DNA from: a virus
Taxonomy: Duplodnaviria > Caudoviricetes
Direction: 5' to 3' (one strand)
DNA length: 41,698 nucleotides
IMG/VR virus record: IMGVR_UViG_3300032421_000010
Location: 1 to 41,698 of that record
The notes below the pieces were generated by a model. That model searched no databases. It saw only the letters and a program-made list of their open reading frames with translations, and was not told the DNA's origin. The position numbers were made by a program, and so were the translations under genes. Below, piece after piece: positions 17,795 to 28,144 of this stretch; positions within the stretch are counted from its first letter, which is position 1, and every line of letters starts with the position of its first letter.

Positions 17795-20750
17795 GCTGTC
17801 CTCCTGGTGTGAACGACTTCTCTCCCAACGAACGAATCAATGAGTCAATTTCGGCTGTTGGTTTACCTTTATTCTCTTGACGCCGTTTAGCCATTTTAAG
17901 GTTAGCAAGTTGTTTGGTATAGGCGTACCGGGCGTTCTCTACAGACTTGGACATATCCACCGGGACCAGAGATAGACCGGCCTGGGATAGACCGTATTCA
18001 CCAGGATTAAGGGTTGCTTGTCCACTTCCGCCGATGAGACGGTTAACCTCGTTTAACGGGCGAATGTTCTTTAGGATATTTATGTTCTTCTTGGTAACTG
18101 GTTGTCCAAGGAATTGTCCAGTCTCACCAGGATATTGCTCAATTTGTGAACCGCCCCCACCGGCGTTCTTAAAGAACAGGCTAGTGTTGAAAGTGTTCTC
18201 TAGCGGAACCTTGAGATAAGGCGTTAAGCTCGATTGTAGTAACTCACCAAACTTGGTAAGGCTTGTAACATCCTCAAGGTCACCCTGCGGCAAGAATCCT
18301 TTTAGACGCACATAAGTCCACTTACCACTCTTAGGGTCTTGCCATAGGCGAATGTGTGGGTCGCCCTTGATGTATTCATCCAACGCACGTTCATCGGGCT
18401 TATTATTTTGTTGGCTTTCAATGTTTGTCTTGGCCCGATAGAACTCGGAGAACTTTCCTGGATTCTTTAGTGCCGTCTCAATCATCATCGGGATATTAAA
18501 CCGGCTCCATGTGTACCATGGGAATATATTTTGGGCCTTGCGCTCAAACGGAGATATGCCGTTGACGTAATCATATAGAACCTTACGAGTGTCTTTGAGT
18601 GCACCTTCTTCATTCCACCCTTGCAACCGTCTGGTAATGTAGTGCTGTATGCGAGAGAAGTTCTCACTTATTTCCCTGGCTTGGGCTATCTTCTGCATCC
18701 CAATACCTTTTTCAAGTTTGTTAAAATGTTCGGCCCCAAACAAAGACTTGGTGAACCCCTCATTTAGCAGGTTGGCATCTCGCATAACCTGGAACTCATG
18801 GGCCAAGTCCAGGCCGTTAGCAACGCCGAGTTTGGATGCCTCTTGTGCGAACCGCTCGGGACTATCACCGGCTCTCGTTAGGGCCAACTGCAACTTGGCG
18901 GCTATGGCATTACCCTCTTTACTCCACGCCCCAGCAAGATAGGATTGCATGTGGTTTCCGATGGCATCACGGAACATGGTGTGCAATCCGCCAAGTGGCG
19001 TTAGTAGGGTTAGTTTCTTATAGATACCGGTCAGGGTACGCCACGAAGAATCAACCGCACCCAAGGCCATCTGCGCCTTCTGTGCATCGGTAAATATGCC
19101 AAGGAAGTTACGGAACTCTTTGGCGGTATCGGCAGGGACCCATACACGCTTGGTTGCCTTCTCATCGGCTGTCTTTTTAAGGACACCAGAAAACCGCTCT
19201 GGTATATCAACCGGAACAACATTCCTCTCAAAAGCACCCTGGCTACCGGCCCACTTGTCCAGCGATTCACGGGCAAGGTCTGGATTGGAGAGAATGTCCT
19301 TTAGGGCATCGGCAACACCAACAGCCTTAGAGCCGGTCTCTAGGTGACGGCCAAAGTTGGTAAGGGCATCGAAGCTATAGAAGTCCGCACCTTTGGGGTC
19401 CGCCTTTTTAAGGAAGTCTAGTATCCTCGGCTCCTTCTTTAAAGCACCCGTACCAATGACACCAGCATAGAGCTTGGCCCTCGCCTCGGGGTCCTTAGAT
19501 ATTGCGTTGGCCTCTTCAAGCGTGAACTCTTTAGACGCCGTTCTTGACCCGTGTTCAAGCGGTATTCCTAAATCCTCTAAGCTCTTTTTTCCAGCAACCG
19601 ATAGATAGTGAGGAACGTAGTCTGCTAGTTTAGAGACCTGTATCCCGGCGTTCTTCTGTTTCTCCAAAATGCCTTTATAGACGGGTTTTAGTATATCTAC
19701 TATATTTTGAATTTTGTCGGTTGTTGGTCCAGCCTTGGGAACGCTATTGATAACACGTTGTATGGCCGGTTCTTTGAATATCTTGTCTCTTGCGGCCCTG
19801 GTCTCATCCAGACCACGAGACTTCTCAAGGCCACGGAAAATCTCACGGTTGACAATATCTTCGGGCTTGGCAACGCCTTGGCCTTTATAGTAATCGGCCA
19901 TTGGTTTGTTTATTTTTTCTAAATTGCCAACCTCACTAACAGCATCCGAAAACAGCTTATTTAGATTGCCCTCTAATTTTGTCCCACCATAACCACCAAC
20001 AATGCCCTTGGCAGTAGATATTGCCTTATTGCCGTATCCCTTGAGAACGTTGAGTGTGGGTTTGAAAGCCTCGGCCAGTTTACCAACGCCAGGAACGGCT
20101 TTAATTGTCTGACCAATTCCACCAAGTATCTTTCCAGCACCAGCACTAACCTCGGGGGAAACGTGTAAGATTGTCTTGGTAAAAGGAACTCTTGCCGACA
20201 GGATTGACCTTTCTCCCGCCTCTAAGGCCGGAATGAGGTCTTTGGCTTTACCAAGCATCTGTGCGGCCTTACCGGCCTTGGTCGCCTCACCAACACCAAC
20301 CCAATTAAGCGGGTCTGCCGGGTTCAATACATCGGCCACAAACCCGGCAACCCCTTGACCAACCTTGCCAAGCGTTGTCTCGGGTGCTTTTCCGCCACGC
20401 AAGGCTTGGATAACATCTCCTCCGGTTGGTTGATATGTTGGGTTGGCTGATACAAGATTATTTAGGTTTCTTAGAACGCCTTGGTTTGGGTTCCATCCAG
20501 CAATATCCGAGACACCCTTGTCCCACGGGTCGCCTTGGATAGAGTTAATAGCAATCTGACGTTCAATCGCCCCAGGCTTATTCAGTACGTCCAGGGCTTT
20601 CTCAAGATTGGAGGGTTCTGTTTCTAATGCCGGACTGGTTACTTTTGGTAACTTATTGACACCGTGGACCTTGGGCGCAAACGATAACGAGCCTTTTGCG
20701 GAAAAGGCCTGTTTCTGTTTTACCGGTTTTAAACTAAACGGGTCGGCCAT
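17781..20750 (-). CDS. Large internal virion/DNA ejection protein
   Basis: 989 aa, helical, in the ejection-gene position; DYVPH and IFPWYTW motifs. Confidence 0.65.
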   Translation of the reverse strand: MADPFSLKPVKQKQAFSAKGSLSFAPKVHGVNKLPKVTSPALETEPSNLEKALDVLNKPGAIERQIAINSIQGDPWDKGVSDIAGWNPNQGVLRNLNNLVSANPTYQPTGGDVIQALRGGKAPETTLGKVGQGVAGFVADVLNPADPLNWVGVGEATKAGKAAQMLGKAKDLIPALEAGERSILSARVPFTKTILHVSPEVSAGAGKILGGIGQTIKAVPGVGKLAEAFKPTLNVLKGYGNKAISTAKGIVGGYGGTKLEGNLNKLFSDAVSEVGNLEKINKPMADYYKGQGVAKPEDIVNREIFRGLEKSRGLDETRAARDKIFKEPAIQRVINSVPKAGPTTDKIQNIVDILKPVYKGILEKQKNAGIQVSKLADYVPHYLSVAGKKSLEDLGIPLEHGSRTASKEFTLEEANAISKDPEARAKLYAGVIGTGALKKEPRILDFLKKADPKGADFYSFDALTNFGRHLETGSKAVGVADALKDILSNPDLARESLDKWAGSQGAFERNVVPVDIPERFSGVLKKTADEKATKRVWVPADTAKEFRNFLGIFTDAQKAQMALGAVDSSWRTLTGIYKKLTLLTPLGGLHTMFRDAIGNHMQSYLAGAWSKEGNAIAAKLQLALTRAGDSPERFAQEASKLGVANGLDLAHEFQVMRDANLLNEGFTKSLFGAEHFNKLEKGIGMQKIAQAREISENFSRIQHYITRRLQGWNEEGALKDTRKVLYDYVNGISPFERKAQNIFPWYTWSRFNIPMMIETALKNPGKFSEFYRAKTNIESQQNNKPDERALDEYIKGDPHIRLWQDPKSGKWTYVRLKGFLPQGDLEDVTSLTKFGELLQSSLTPYLKVPLENTFNTSLFFKNAGGGGSQIEQYPGETGQFLGQPVTKKNINILKNIRPLNEVNRLIGGSGQATLNPGEYGLSQAGLSLVPVDMSKSVENARYAYTKQLANLKMAKRRQENKGKPTAEIDSLIRSLGEKSFTPGGQHAAH

Positions 20751-20752
20751 AA

Positions 20753-21595
20753 TTACCTCGGCCTAGGCGTTACCTGTGGGACCGCCGGATTCAAGATACT
20801 ATCGGCGGCAGAGGCCAAGTCTCCATCGGTATAAGGAATGTTGTTTTGGTCAAAAGACTTGCGAACAATATCCTTGATTTGGTTTCTACGCATTTCGACT
20901 AATGCACCCGTTCCAACCGGAGCCGCCGGGTTAATTGGCGGAGTTGGGGTTGGCAACGGGGTTCTGGTGGTGTATGGTTGCAATCCAGGAACAGACGGTT
21001 GATAAACGCCCGTTCCACCGCCGGTTTGTCTATTTTGCGCTTGAGCAGAACCAATCTCTTGAGACAACGCTGAGTTATAAAGGTTGGCCTTCTCAAGGTC
21101 CTTTAAATCCTCGGGAGCATATCCCGGTTGTTTTTGCGGCCCACCGGCATTAGACGGTGTAGCTCCTTGTCCATAGTAGTAAGTATAAGACGAAGGAAGT
21201 TTGGCTCTCTCGCCCTTGGGAAGGGTAGCATACGCCGAACGTGCCGCATCCAATATACCCGCCGCCTGTTGCGCCATTCCCGGAGGAAGCCCCTGAGTAT
21301 TGCCACCACTTTCAAGAAGATATGTAACTGTTTGTGGGCTTATGTTGAACCCGTTAAGAGACGCACGAGCTTGGACCGCCGTGGCAAAATCCTGTTTTGC
21401 CCTATCTGACAAAGCCTGGCTCATGCCAAATTCCATCTGCTTTTGCTGACGGGCCCCCGCCAACTGTTGCAACGCAAGTTCTTGGTTAGCCCGAGCATTA
21501 CCAACGTTTAATTGCTGTTGCTGTCTTTGGGTGTTGCCAAAGTTAAGCAACGCATTGTTTAGCATTTCTAGGCCGCTACGGTTTGCGAAGTCCAT
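20753..21595 (-). CDS. Putative ejection protein
   Basis: Gln/Ala-rich; position. Confidence 0.55.
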   Translation of the reverse strand: MDFANRSGLEMLNNALLNFGNTQRQQQQLNVGNARANQELALQQLAGARQQKQMEFGMSQALSDRAKQDFATAVQARASLNGFNISPQTVTYLLESGGNTQGLPPGMAQQAAGILDAARSAYATLPKGERAKLPSSYTYYYGQGATPSNAGGPQKQPGYAPEDLKDLEKANLYNSALSQEIGSAQAQNRQTGGGTGVYQPSVPGLQPYTTRTPLPTPTPPINPAAPVGTGALVEMRRNQIKDIVRKSFDQNNIPYTDGDLASAADSILNPAVPQVTPRPR

Positions 21596-21606
21596 CCAAT
21601 GTCTCC

Positions 21607-21975
21607 TTAATACTTGTACGGAATATCGGGCGTGGTTAAGTTAATCTGTGGCAATGGGACCGGCAACGCATAGTTTGTGTCCCCGAACATTCCGGGGTGG
21701 TTGGTCCTAAACCCATTGAACGCCGATATGCCAGAAGGAATAAGCGAGGCGTAACTCAATATGTCCGGTTGAGATTGTTTTAGTCCAAGTTCCTGTTGCT
21801 GTCTTTGGAGGTCTAAGCCTTGTTGAGTAAAGTTCTGGCTTGCGGCCATTCTCGCAAGGGCCAGTTGGGCCAATGCACTCCGTTGGTCATTGGACGCAGT
21901 AATGCCAGGATAGGCTTGCTGATAAGCCGCACCCTGAATGTTTCTCGTTCCGCCAACGTTAAAAGATGGAATCAT
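21607..21975 (-). CDS. Putative ejection protein
   Basis: Gln/Ala-rich; position. Confidence 0.5.
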   Translation of the reverse strand: MIPSFNVGGTRNIQGAAYQQAYPGITASNDQRSALAQLALARMAASQNFTQQGLDLQRQQQELGLKQSQPDILSYASLIPSGISAFNGFRTNHPGMFGDTNYALPVPLPQINLTTPDIPYKY

Positions 21976-22496
21976 AGGATACTCGCCAAACTTATTCCTG
22001 TGCCAATAATACCGCCCAGGTCAATACCGGATTGGTTCTTCTGTGCTTCGAGAGCCTTCTTTTGCATGGCTAGTTGTTGATAAAAGTTAGACGCACCATA
22101 AGCCGAGCCAATCAATCCCTGGTTGAGTGCATCTGCCTCGTTTGAATATCCTTGGCTGAGTGCGTTACGTCCAGACAGCCTAGACGCCGCAAGATTGGTC
22201 AACGCACCGCTACCGTATCCAGAAACAGGCGAAGGCCCGGTTGGCCCGAGGTTCCCCATTAACGACCTCCCCAGGCCACGAGCGTTTAAAGAACCCAGCG
22301 CTTGGTTCTTTTCGTTTCCCGTCTGAATGTCATAAGACCCGAGTGCCGCCGCCTCGGATGGCGATAGGCTATTGTATGCTTTTGTGTATGCTCCGTATTG
22401 AGCTTGTAACGCAGGATTGCCACCAAGAATATCCTTAGCGTAAGGACCAAGATAACTTTGGAATTGATTTTGATTGATTATCGAAGAATCTATCAT
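21972..22496 (-). CDS. Putative ejection protein
   Basis: Gly/Ala/Ser-rich, ARGLGRS motif, hydrophobic C-terminus. Confidence 0.55.
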   Translation of the reverse strand: MIDSSIINQNQFQSYLGPYAKDILGGNPALQAQYGAYTKAYNSLSPSEAAALGSYDIQTGNEKNQALGSLNARGLGRSLMGNLGPTGPSPVSGYGSGALTNLAASRLSGRNALSQGYSNEADALNQGLIGSAYGASNFYQQLAMQKKALEAQKNQSGIDLGGIIGTGISLASIL

Positions 22497-25400
22497 AGGT
22501 CCTCAACCGCTTGCCAGTAAACGAGATAGCCCGAGATTTCGATTGGAGCCGTATCTTCGCTTCCGATATTGCTGAGGATACCAACGGCGATAGATTCACC
22601 AACAACGCCATTAAGCAGTACGTCTATCTTGCCATTAGAAGGCGTGAGATTAGTAATGTACTGCCTTATTGTACTTATATCCCCATCGGAAAACAAGAAC
22701 AACGATATGTATGGATTTGCGTTAGAAAAGACCTCAATTCGGCTGTTGCCAGTATCGGCAACAATGACGTTTCCGCTTGAATTTATTGTCACATTTGTTG
22801 GTAACGAGAACTGACCTGGCGCAGAACCATTAGTCCCCCACTGACCAAGATATTTTCCGTTAACATCAAAAACCTGTATCCGGGCGTTCATAAGGTCAAC
22901 AACGTAAAGGTAGTTATTTAAATCAATGGCAATTCCAGAGGCGGTTGTAAATTGTCCATCACCCGTTCCGGTTGAACCCCATTGAGAAACGTAAACACCA
23001 CCGCTTGTAAATTTCTGAACCCTGTTAAGTGTTGTATCTGTAACGTAGATATACCCATTTGAATCAATGACAATCCCGTATGGATTATTGAATTGACCGT
23101 TGCCCGTTCCGGAAGTGCCGAATTGACTAACGTATGTACCAGATGAGTTGAACTTTTGGAACCTATGGTTTAGTCCGTCCGTAACGTAGATGTTTCCAGA
23201 AGCGTCAAAAGTAATGCCGTTGGGATTGTGGAATTGTCCGTTACCAGAACCGAGTGAACCGAATTGACTTACATAGGCCCCAGTAGAATCGAATTTCTGA
23301 ACCCTGTTGTTGCTTGAATCAACTACATAGATATTACCAGAGCCATCCAAAGCAATTCCGGTTGGACCTGTAAATTGTCCGTTGCCAGTACCGGATGAGC
23401 CAAACTTAGAAACGTAAGTTCCGGTTGAATCAAATATCTGGACTCGATTGTTTGATGTATCCACAACGTATGTGTTACCAGACGAATCAGTTGTAATTCC
23501 TCTTGGAAATTTTAATTCTCCGTTGGCTGTTCCGAACTCTCCGAACAAGAACATAAATCCAGGATTCCATATAACCGGGTTAAGATTGCGAACGGTTAGA
23601 ATCATCCTCATAAAGTCCTTGGTAATATGAGGAGACTTGCAAAAGTTAAAGGCCGTAACTAGAGATAGGTTGTCACCAAAAGCCGATGATGTATCCGCCG
23701 GAGGGTCCCATTCAAGCGCCTCTTCCCCAAACTGGAAGAACACAGGACGAATGTCGGAGCCATCACTATCGAGGCCAACGCCACAATAGACGTTCCCCAG
23801 GGTTCCATTGGTGGTAAATCCGATGGACCCGGTTGTGTTTGTAACCTGAGATAACAATATTCCGGTATCTCCAATAACCCCCCACGCCCCATTGTCGAGA
23901 GATAGGCACAGAGAAATCCAATAGATAGTCGAACCGTTCTGTTGCGGTAGTTGCCAAACAAGTAGATTGCGCTGTAGGTCAAACTCAACCGTAACAGCCC
24001 TCTTATAAGTTGCTGGAACTTGTCCCGCAATCTGGTTCATCTTCCCATTGGTCAACGACTTGGATTGCACTCCGTCGTAAACATAGAAGTCCTCACCAGA
24101 GTAGAAGTAGAAACCTGGTCCAACACGAACCCCGGCGCCCTTCTCAATACACCCAACAAGGCTCTTAGATTTACGAACCGTGAAATCCCCTGTGGTTGAA
24201 TCTGAATTAGACCCGTAAAGATTCCAGATGTTTAGGTTTGTGCTTATGAGTAGGTAATCGTCCATGTCATAAGCGCCAGTCAGCCGTTCGCCAGGAACAC
24301 CATTGAGGGTAACATCGTTAAGGCCTGTAACGTTGAAATCGGTGAAATTATCAATGGCCGATGGCCTAAGCGTCATCGGCAAAGTGTTTGACCCACAAAG
24401 GGTCATCATGTTTTTATAGGTCTCAACATATCTCCAAGTTTGGACGGGGTAGATGGAGAACGTTGAAGTCTGAATTTGGTCCGTAAAGAAATTGGTCTGT
24501 TGGCTATCGGGTGTTACCTCGGTCCAATTAAACAACGCAAGATTGATTGGATTTCCGGCACCGTTCCTGAAAACAGTAGAAGCGCCATAAGACAATCCAG
24601 TAATTGGTGTGGCGTGAATTCCTGTCCAGGTAAACCGAATGGTTGGCAAAGAGCCACCGCACATATCCTCCCAAGGAAGTGTGCCAGCCGAATCAGTAAC
24701 AGTAACGGCCCCAAAGGCTGTTGCGCCAACAACCGTTTCAACCTGAGAAACGTTCGCATTATAAGAGCTTGCGCCAGCGGTGGTGGTGTTGATTTTAACG
24801 AATATGTCATCGCCCGTTAATCCTGTTGGACTTCCCGAGAAATAGGTGTCCCAAACAGCCCCAGAGTAACCAACGGCCCCGGCCTGTGTTCCGGTGGTAT
24901 TGATGAACACTTGGTTGCCCTGTGCGTCTTTTAGGGTATTATTCGCAACCTGTAACAGCCCGTAAAGATTGCCACTTGTTGACCCGCTGAACGTTATTTT
25001 AATGACCGGAGTTAGGTCAGTCTCAACGGTAACGTTGCCAGAACCAACGCTAGATAAGTTCTCTAGGGCTGTCTGGATTTGAGCCGCCGTAGAATTATAA
25101 GCCAATGGCGTTGTGAGTTCTCCGTTTATTGAATAGCACCAAGACCCGGAAACAGGAACGCCATTGATAGTCTCTCCGCTCTGAGGCGAGGATATATTCA
25201 CGGATATATTGGCTCCGTTAATGTCCTTGAGGGTGTTATTGCTAATAGTGAACGCCGAAGCCGGTTGACCGGCCAGGGTTCCGATAAACTCAACGTCATA
25301 TCCAACAGGCCCACCGGCGCTCTGGTTGGCAAGGTTTCCAGTTACACGAACATTGCCAAAGCCTATATTCGATAGGTTGGATAGGGCCGTCTGAATCTGG

Positions 25401-26590
25401 CTCTCCGTGGCGTCAAAAGCGATAGACGCCGTTGTTTGACCGTTCCACACCAACTTATACGCACCGGAGGCCGCAAAGGCGTTGGGTGTTATTGTCTGGA
25501 TAGCATTGGTTGGGGGAGACAGAAAATCGAACTGTGCGCCAAGCGGAGCGTTGGGGTCGTAAGTAAAGCAAAAGTCAACGCCATCCGATATACCCATAAT
25601 GTATTTAGATGGGTCTGATGCGTTCGGGAACTGAGCAAAGTAAACCCTGGTCCCATCAATCGGATGTGACCCTCCAATGATTTGTTGATACGTCAATCCT
25701 GTCCTAAGTTTAATCCAGTATGACAATGGATAAAGCCCTAGTAATAGGGCGTCCTGCGATACGGCCAAAACGCAGGTTCCCTCAAGGTTGGTGATGATAG
25801 CGCCAGTCGAGGACGAAGCCGTTGTTCCTTGTCCGAAAGAAGAGGCGGAAGAAATAATTCCGTTGGTGGTTGCGCTCTCAAACCGAAGGTCCGCTAGTTT
25901 AAGGTCTAGTGAATCGCCGGTATCGGTATAGAACTCAATGCGAACCGATGTAACCGTAGTCGGGTCAAAAGAACCGGTTTCCGTTACATAGGCCAACGGT
26001 AACGGTTGTGCGGGTGTGGGTGTCGTACCAGAGTTAAAGTCGTATCCATACTGAGCGTTCTGACCATTGGAGTTCTCAAGATAAACCGTTAGGTGCGCAG
26101 TCCCGCTAAACGTGGCAATAGTATCATCGACCAGCAATGTCCAATCGGGGTCGTTGTAAACATTGGTAATGTCAATCGGAGATGCAATAGTAAACACGCC
26201 AAGGAACGTCTGTGTGGATAACGCAACCGTTCCGTCGAATTCAATCGAGGCGTTACCCTGCGATATTGGCGTAGCGAATGACGGGGATTGATTAGACCCG
26301 CCACCAAAGACCCACGTTTCTGAGTTGTCAAGTCTTGCAACAAAAAAACGAGAAGGAACGGCTTGAGGATAACCGAATGTCGGAACGCTTGCATCGGGCG
26401 GAGTACGCATCGGTGGGCGTGATATTGCCGAGCCAACATTAGTAGAAATACCCGAGGCGTCCCCAGCGGGCTTAGACACCAGGGCATTACTACAAACAAT
26501 CCATTCATTCGGACGTGTTTTTAGCGGGTCCGTAGATGGATTAAACCCACCCGATAGGTCTGGTTGTTCTGTGTATTGGGTTCTTGGCAT
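22493..26590 (-). CDS. Tail nozzle/stabilisation protein (P22 gp10-like) with inserted NHL beta-propeller
   Basis: N-terminal DLSGGFN...PNEW..CSNA, SKSLVGC motif; six NHL repeats. Confidence 0.7.
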   Translation of the reverse strand: MPRTQYTEQPDLSGGFNPSTDPLKTRPNEWIVCSNALVSKPAGDASGISTNVGSAISRPPMRTPPDASVPTFGYPQAVPSRFFVARLDNSETWVFGGGSNQSPSFATPISQGNASIEFDGTVALSTQTFLGVFTIASPIDITNVYNDPDWTLLVDDTIATFSGTAHLTVYLENSNGQNAQYGYDFNSGTTPTPAQPLPLAYVTETGSFDPTTVTSVRIEFYTDTGDSLDLKLADLRFESATTNGIISSASSFGQGTTASSSTGAIITNLEGTCVLAVSQDALLLGLYPLSYWIKLRTGLTYQQIIGGSHPIDGTRVYFAQFPNASDPSKYIMGISDGVDFCFTYDPNAPLGAQFDFLSPPTNAIQTITPNAFAASGAYKLVWNGQTTASIAFDATESQIQTALSNLSNIGFGNVRVTGNLANQSAGGPVGYDVEFIGTLAGQPASAFTISNNTLKDINGANISVNISSPQSGETINGVPVSGSWCYSINGELTTPLAYNSTAAQIQTALENLSSVGSGNVTVETDLTPVIKITFSGSTSGNLYGLLQVANNTLKDAQGNQVFINTTGTQAGAVGYSGAVWDTYFSGSPTGLTGDDIFVKINTTTAGASSYNANVSQVETVVGATAFGAVTVTDSAGTLPWEDMCGGSLPTIRFTWTGIHATPITGLSYGASTVFRNGAGNPINLALFNWTEVTPDSQQTNFFTDQIQTSTFSIYPVQTWRYVETYKNMMTLCGSNTLPMTLRPSAIDNFTDFNVTGLNDVTLNGVPGERLTGAYDMDDYLLISTNLNIWNLYGSNSDSTTGDFTVRKSKSLVGCIEKGAGVRVGPGFYFYSGEDFYVYDGVQSKSLTNGKMNQIAGQVPATYKRAVTVEFDLQRNLLVWQLPQQNGSTIYWISLCLSLDNGAWGVIGDTGILLSQVTNTTGSIGFTTNGTLGNVYCGVGLDSDGSDIRPVFFQFGEEALEWDPPADTSSAFGDNLSLVTAFNFCKSPHITKDFMRMILTVRNLNPVIWNPGFMFLFGEFGTANGELKFPRGITTDSSGNTYVVDTSNNRVQIFDSTGTYVSKFGSSGTGNGQFTGPTGIALDGSGNIYVVDSSNNRVQKFDSTGAYVSQFGSLGSGNGQFHNPNGITFDASGNIYVTDGLNHRFQKFNSSGTYVSQFGTSGTGNGQFNNPYGIVIDSNGYIYVTDTTLNRVQKFTSGGVYVSQWGSTGTGDGQFTTASGIAIDLNNYLYVVDLMNARIQVFDVNGKYLGQWGTNGSAPGQFSLPTNVTINSSGNVIVADTGNSRIEVFSNANPYISLFLFSDGDISTIRQYITNLTPSNGKIDVLLNGVVGESIAVGILSNIGSEDTAPIEISGYLVYWQAVEDL

Positions 26591-26604
26591 GGAGCCGAAG
26601 CTCC

Positions 26605-26904
26605 TTAGTACATCTTGCTAGAGTGTTTTGCCTTGTGCAATTTACCCATAGCGGTTGACGGGACAGAGTGTTTTCCGTGGTGAAGGTTCTTCAAAACCAA
26701 AGCAAGTCTAGCTCTTTTTCCAGCCGTTCCAGAATCGTGCTTATGTTCTTGCTCATATTCGGCATTACTCACGCCTTCTCGCTTGGCGGCGGCGGTCATG
26801 GCTCCGGGATGTTTGATTGCGCCTTTAATGAAATTCATCTGCCTTCTCCTTTTAAGCGCCGGGATTACCGGCAAAGTTTGGGTGGATATACTTGGTTCGC
26901 TCAT
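26605..26904 (-). CDS. Small basic phage protein (NFIKGAIKHPGA...RARLALVLK)
   Basis: Recognisable phage family; starts at 26904 (ATGA overlap) or 26838 (RBS AAGGAG). Confidence 0.7.
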   Translation of the reverse strand: MSEPSISTQTLPVIPALKRRRQMNFIKGAIKHPGAMTAAAKREGVSNAEYEQEHKHDSGTAGKRARLALVLKNLHHGKHSVPSTAMGKLHKAKHSSKMY

Positions 26905-28133
26905 ACAACGGGAACGTTGGTTCTCCAAACGTCAGCGAAAGATGTGTTGCCATCTGTCCCACCAATCATCCATAAAGAGCCGTTGTGGATACAAGACGCA
27001 AACTCCTCCCTCGGGCCAAAAGAAACACTTGAATTTTCGAGTGACCAAGATTCAGAATCCATAGAAATATAGGCCGTTTCTATACTTCCGGTTACGCCGT
27101 CTCCACCAAAAATATACGCTTGGAAATTTTTATTTACGGGGAATGCACCAAACATTGAGCGTTTAGAATATATTGTATTCCCGGTGGTTGATGCCAAGGT
27201 CCAGGTTTCGCCATCAGCAGAAAACCAGGTTTCGTTCTTGTTGGTATTCGCAACTCCAACCGAATGAATTCCACCAATGAGCCACATTCTACCGTTGAGT
27301 GAATAACACCCGGCATAAGCCCTAGAGGTCCAAGTAGCGGCGTTTGTTACTAACGTCCAAGTAACCAAATCGGTTGAGGACCAAACATCGTTAAGGGTGG
27401 CACTACCGTCAGAGGTTCCGCCATAAAGATAATAGCTTCCGTTCAAATAAACCAAACAAGCCCCGGCCCTGGCAGACCAAGCCGCTCCGCCGGTTTCAAG
27501 CGTCCAGGTAATTCCGTCACCCGATGACCAAATATCGTTAAGTGTGTTAGAACCGTCATCTCCACCCATGATATACATTTTAGAAGCCGTTGCCCAAACC
27601 ATTGCGTGTTGACGAGCCAGAAACGGGGTCTGGGAAATTTGAGACCAAGTAACTCCATTATCGAGAGATTGCCAAACATCACTCGAAGCGTTTCCATCAT
27701 ACCCACCAAGAAGATAAATGGCCCCACCAAAAGACAAAGCAGAAGCACCGGTCCTAGCAGAGAATCCTCCGTTGCTTGTCGTCTCAATCCACTTCTTCTG
27801 TTCTTGCTTAACAATGTGAGCACCGATGTTATAGGCAACGTCAATAGAAGTTCCCTTATAGGCGATTGTCAGGGGTTCTTGGTTCTTATTGGAAGCTCCA
27901 ACATTTTTCAATCGAATAGGCATCTGTGTAACTGCATCCGCTTGATAGACCATCGGGTTGTTGGCGTTGGCTCCATAGCCAACACGAACATAAGCCCCGG
28001 CACCTTGGAGAACGCCAACGGTCAGGTCAACCTCGTCCGCATCCCAACGGTTGTCGTTGTCAAAAACAATCACAGAACCGTCGGCGCTTGCCGTGAACGT
28101 TCCGGCCTGAAAAACTGTTCCATACTTATTCAT
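26901..28133 (-). CDS. Kelch-like beta-propeller protein
   Basis: Repeated IYLLGG..NDVW.S.DG.TW units. Confidence 0.85.
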   Translation of the reverse strand: MNKYGTVFQAGTFTASADGSVIVFDNDNRWDADEVDLTVGVLQGAGAYVRVGYGANANNPMVYQADAVTQMPIRLKNVGASNKNQEPLTIAYKGTSIDVAYNIGAHIVKQEQKKWIETTSNGGFSARTGASALSFGGAIYLLGGYDGNASSDVWQSLDNGVTWSQISQTPFLARQHAMVWATASKMYIMGGDDGSNTLNDIWSSGDGITWTLETGGAAWSARAGACLVYLNGSYYLYGGTSDGSATLNDVWSSTDLVTWTLVTNAATWTSRAYAGCYSLNGRMWLIGGIHSVGVANTNKNETWFSADGETWTLASTTGNTIYSKRSMFGAFPVNKNFQAYIFGGDGVTGSIETAYISMDSESWSLENSSVSFGPREEFASCIHNGSLWMIGGTDGNTSFADVWRTNVPVV

Positions 28134-28144
28134 TTCATTCTCCC

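Noticed and set aside
14041-26590. Diversity-generating retroelement targeting tail genes
   Set aside because: No reverse transcriptase and no TR/VR pair seen
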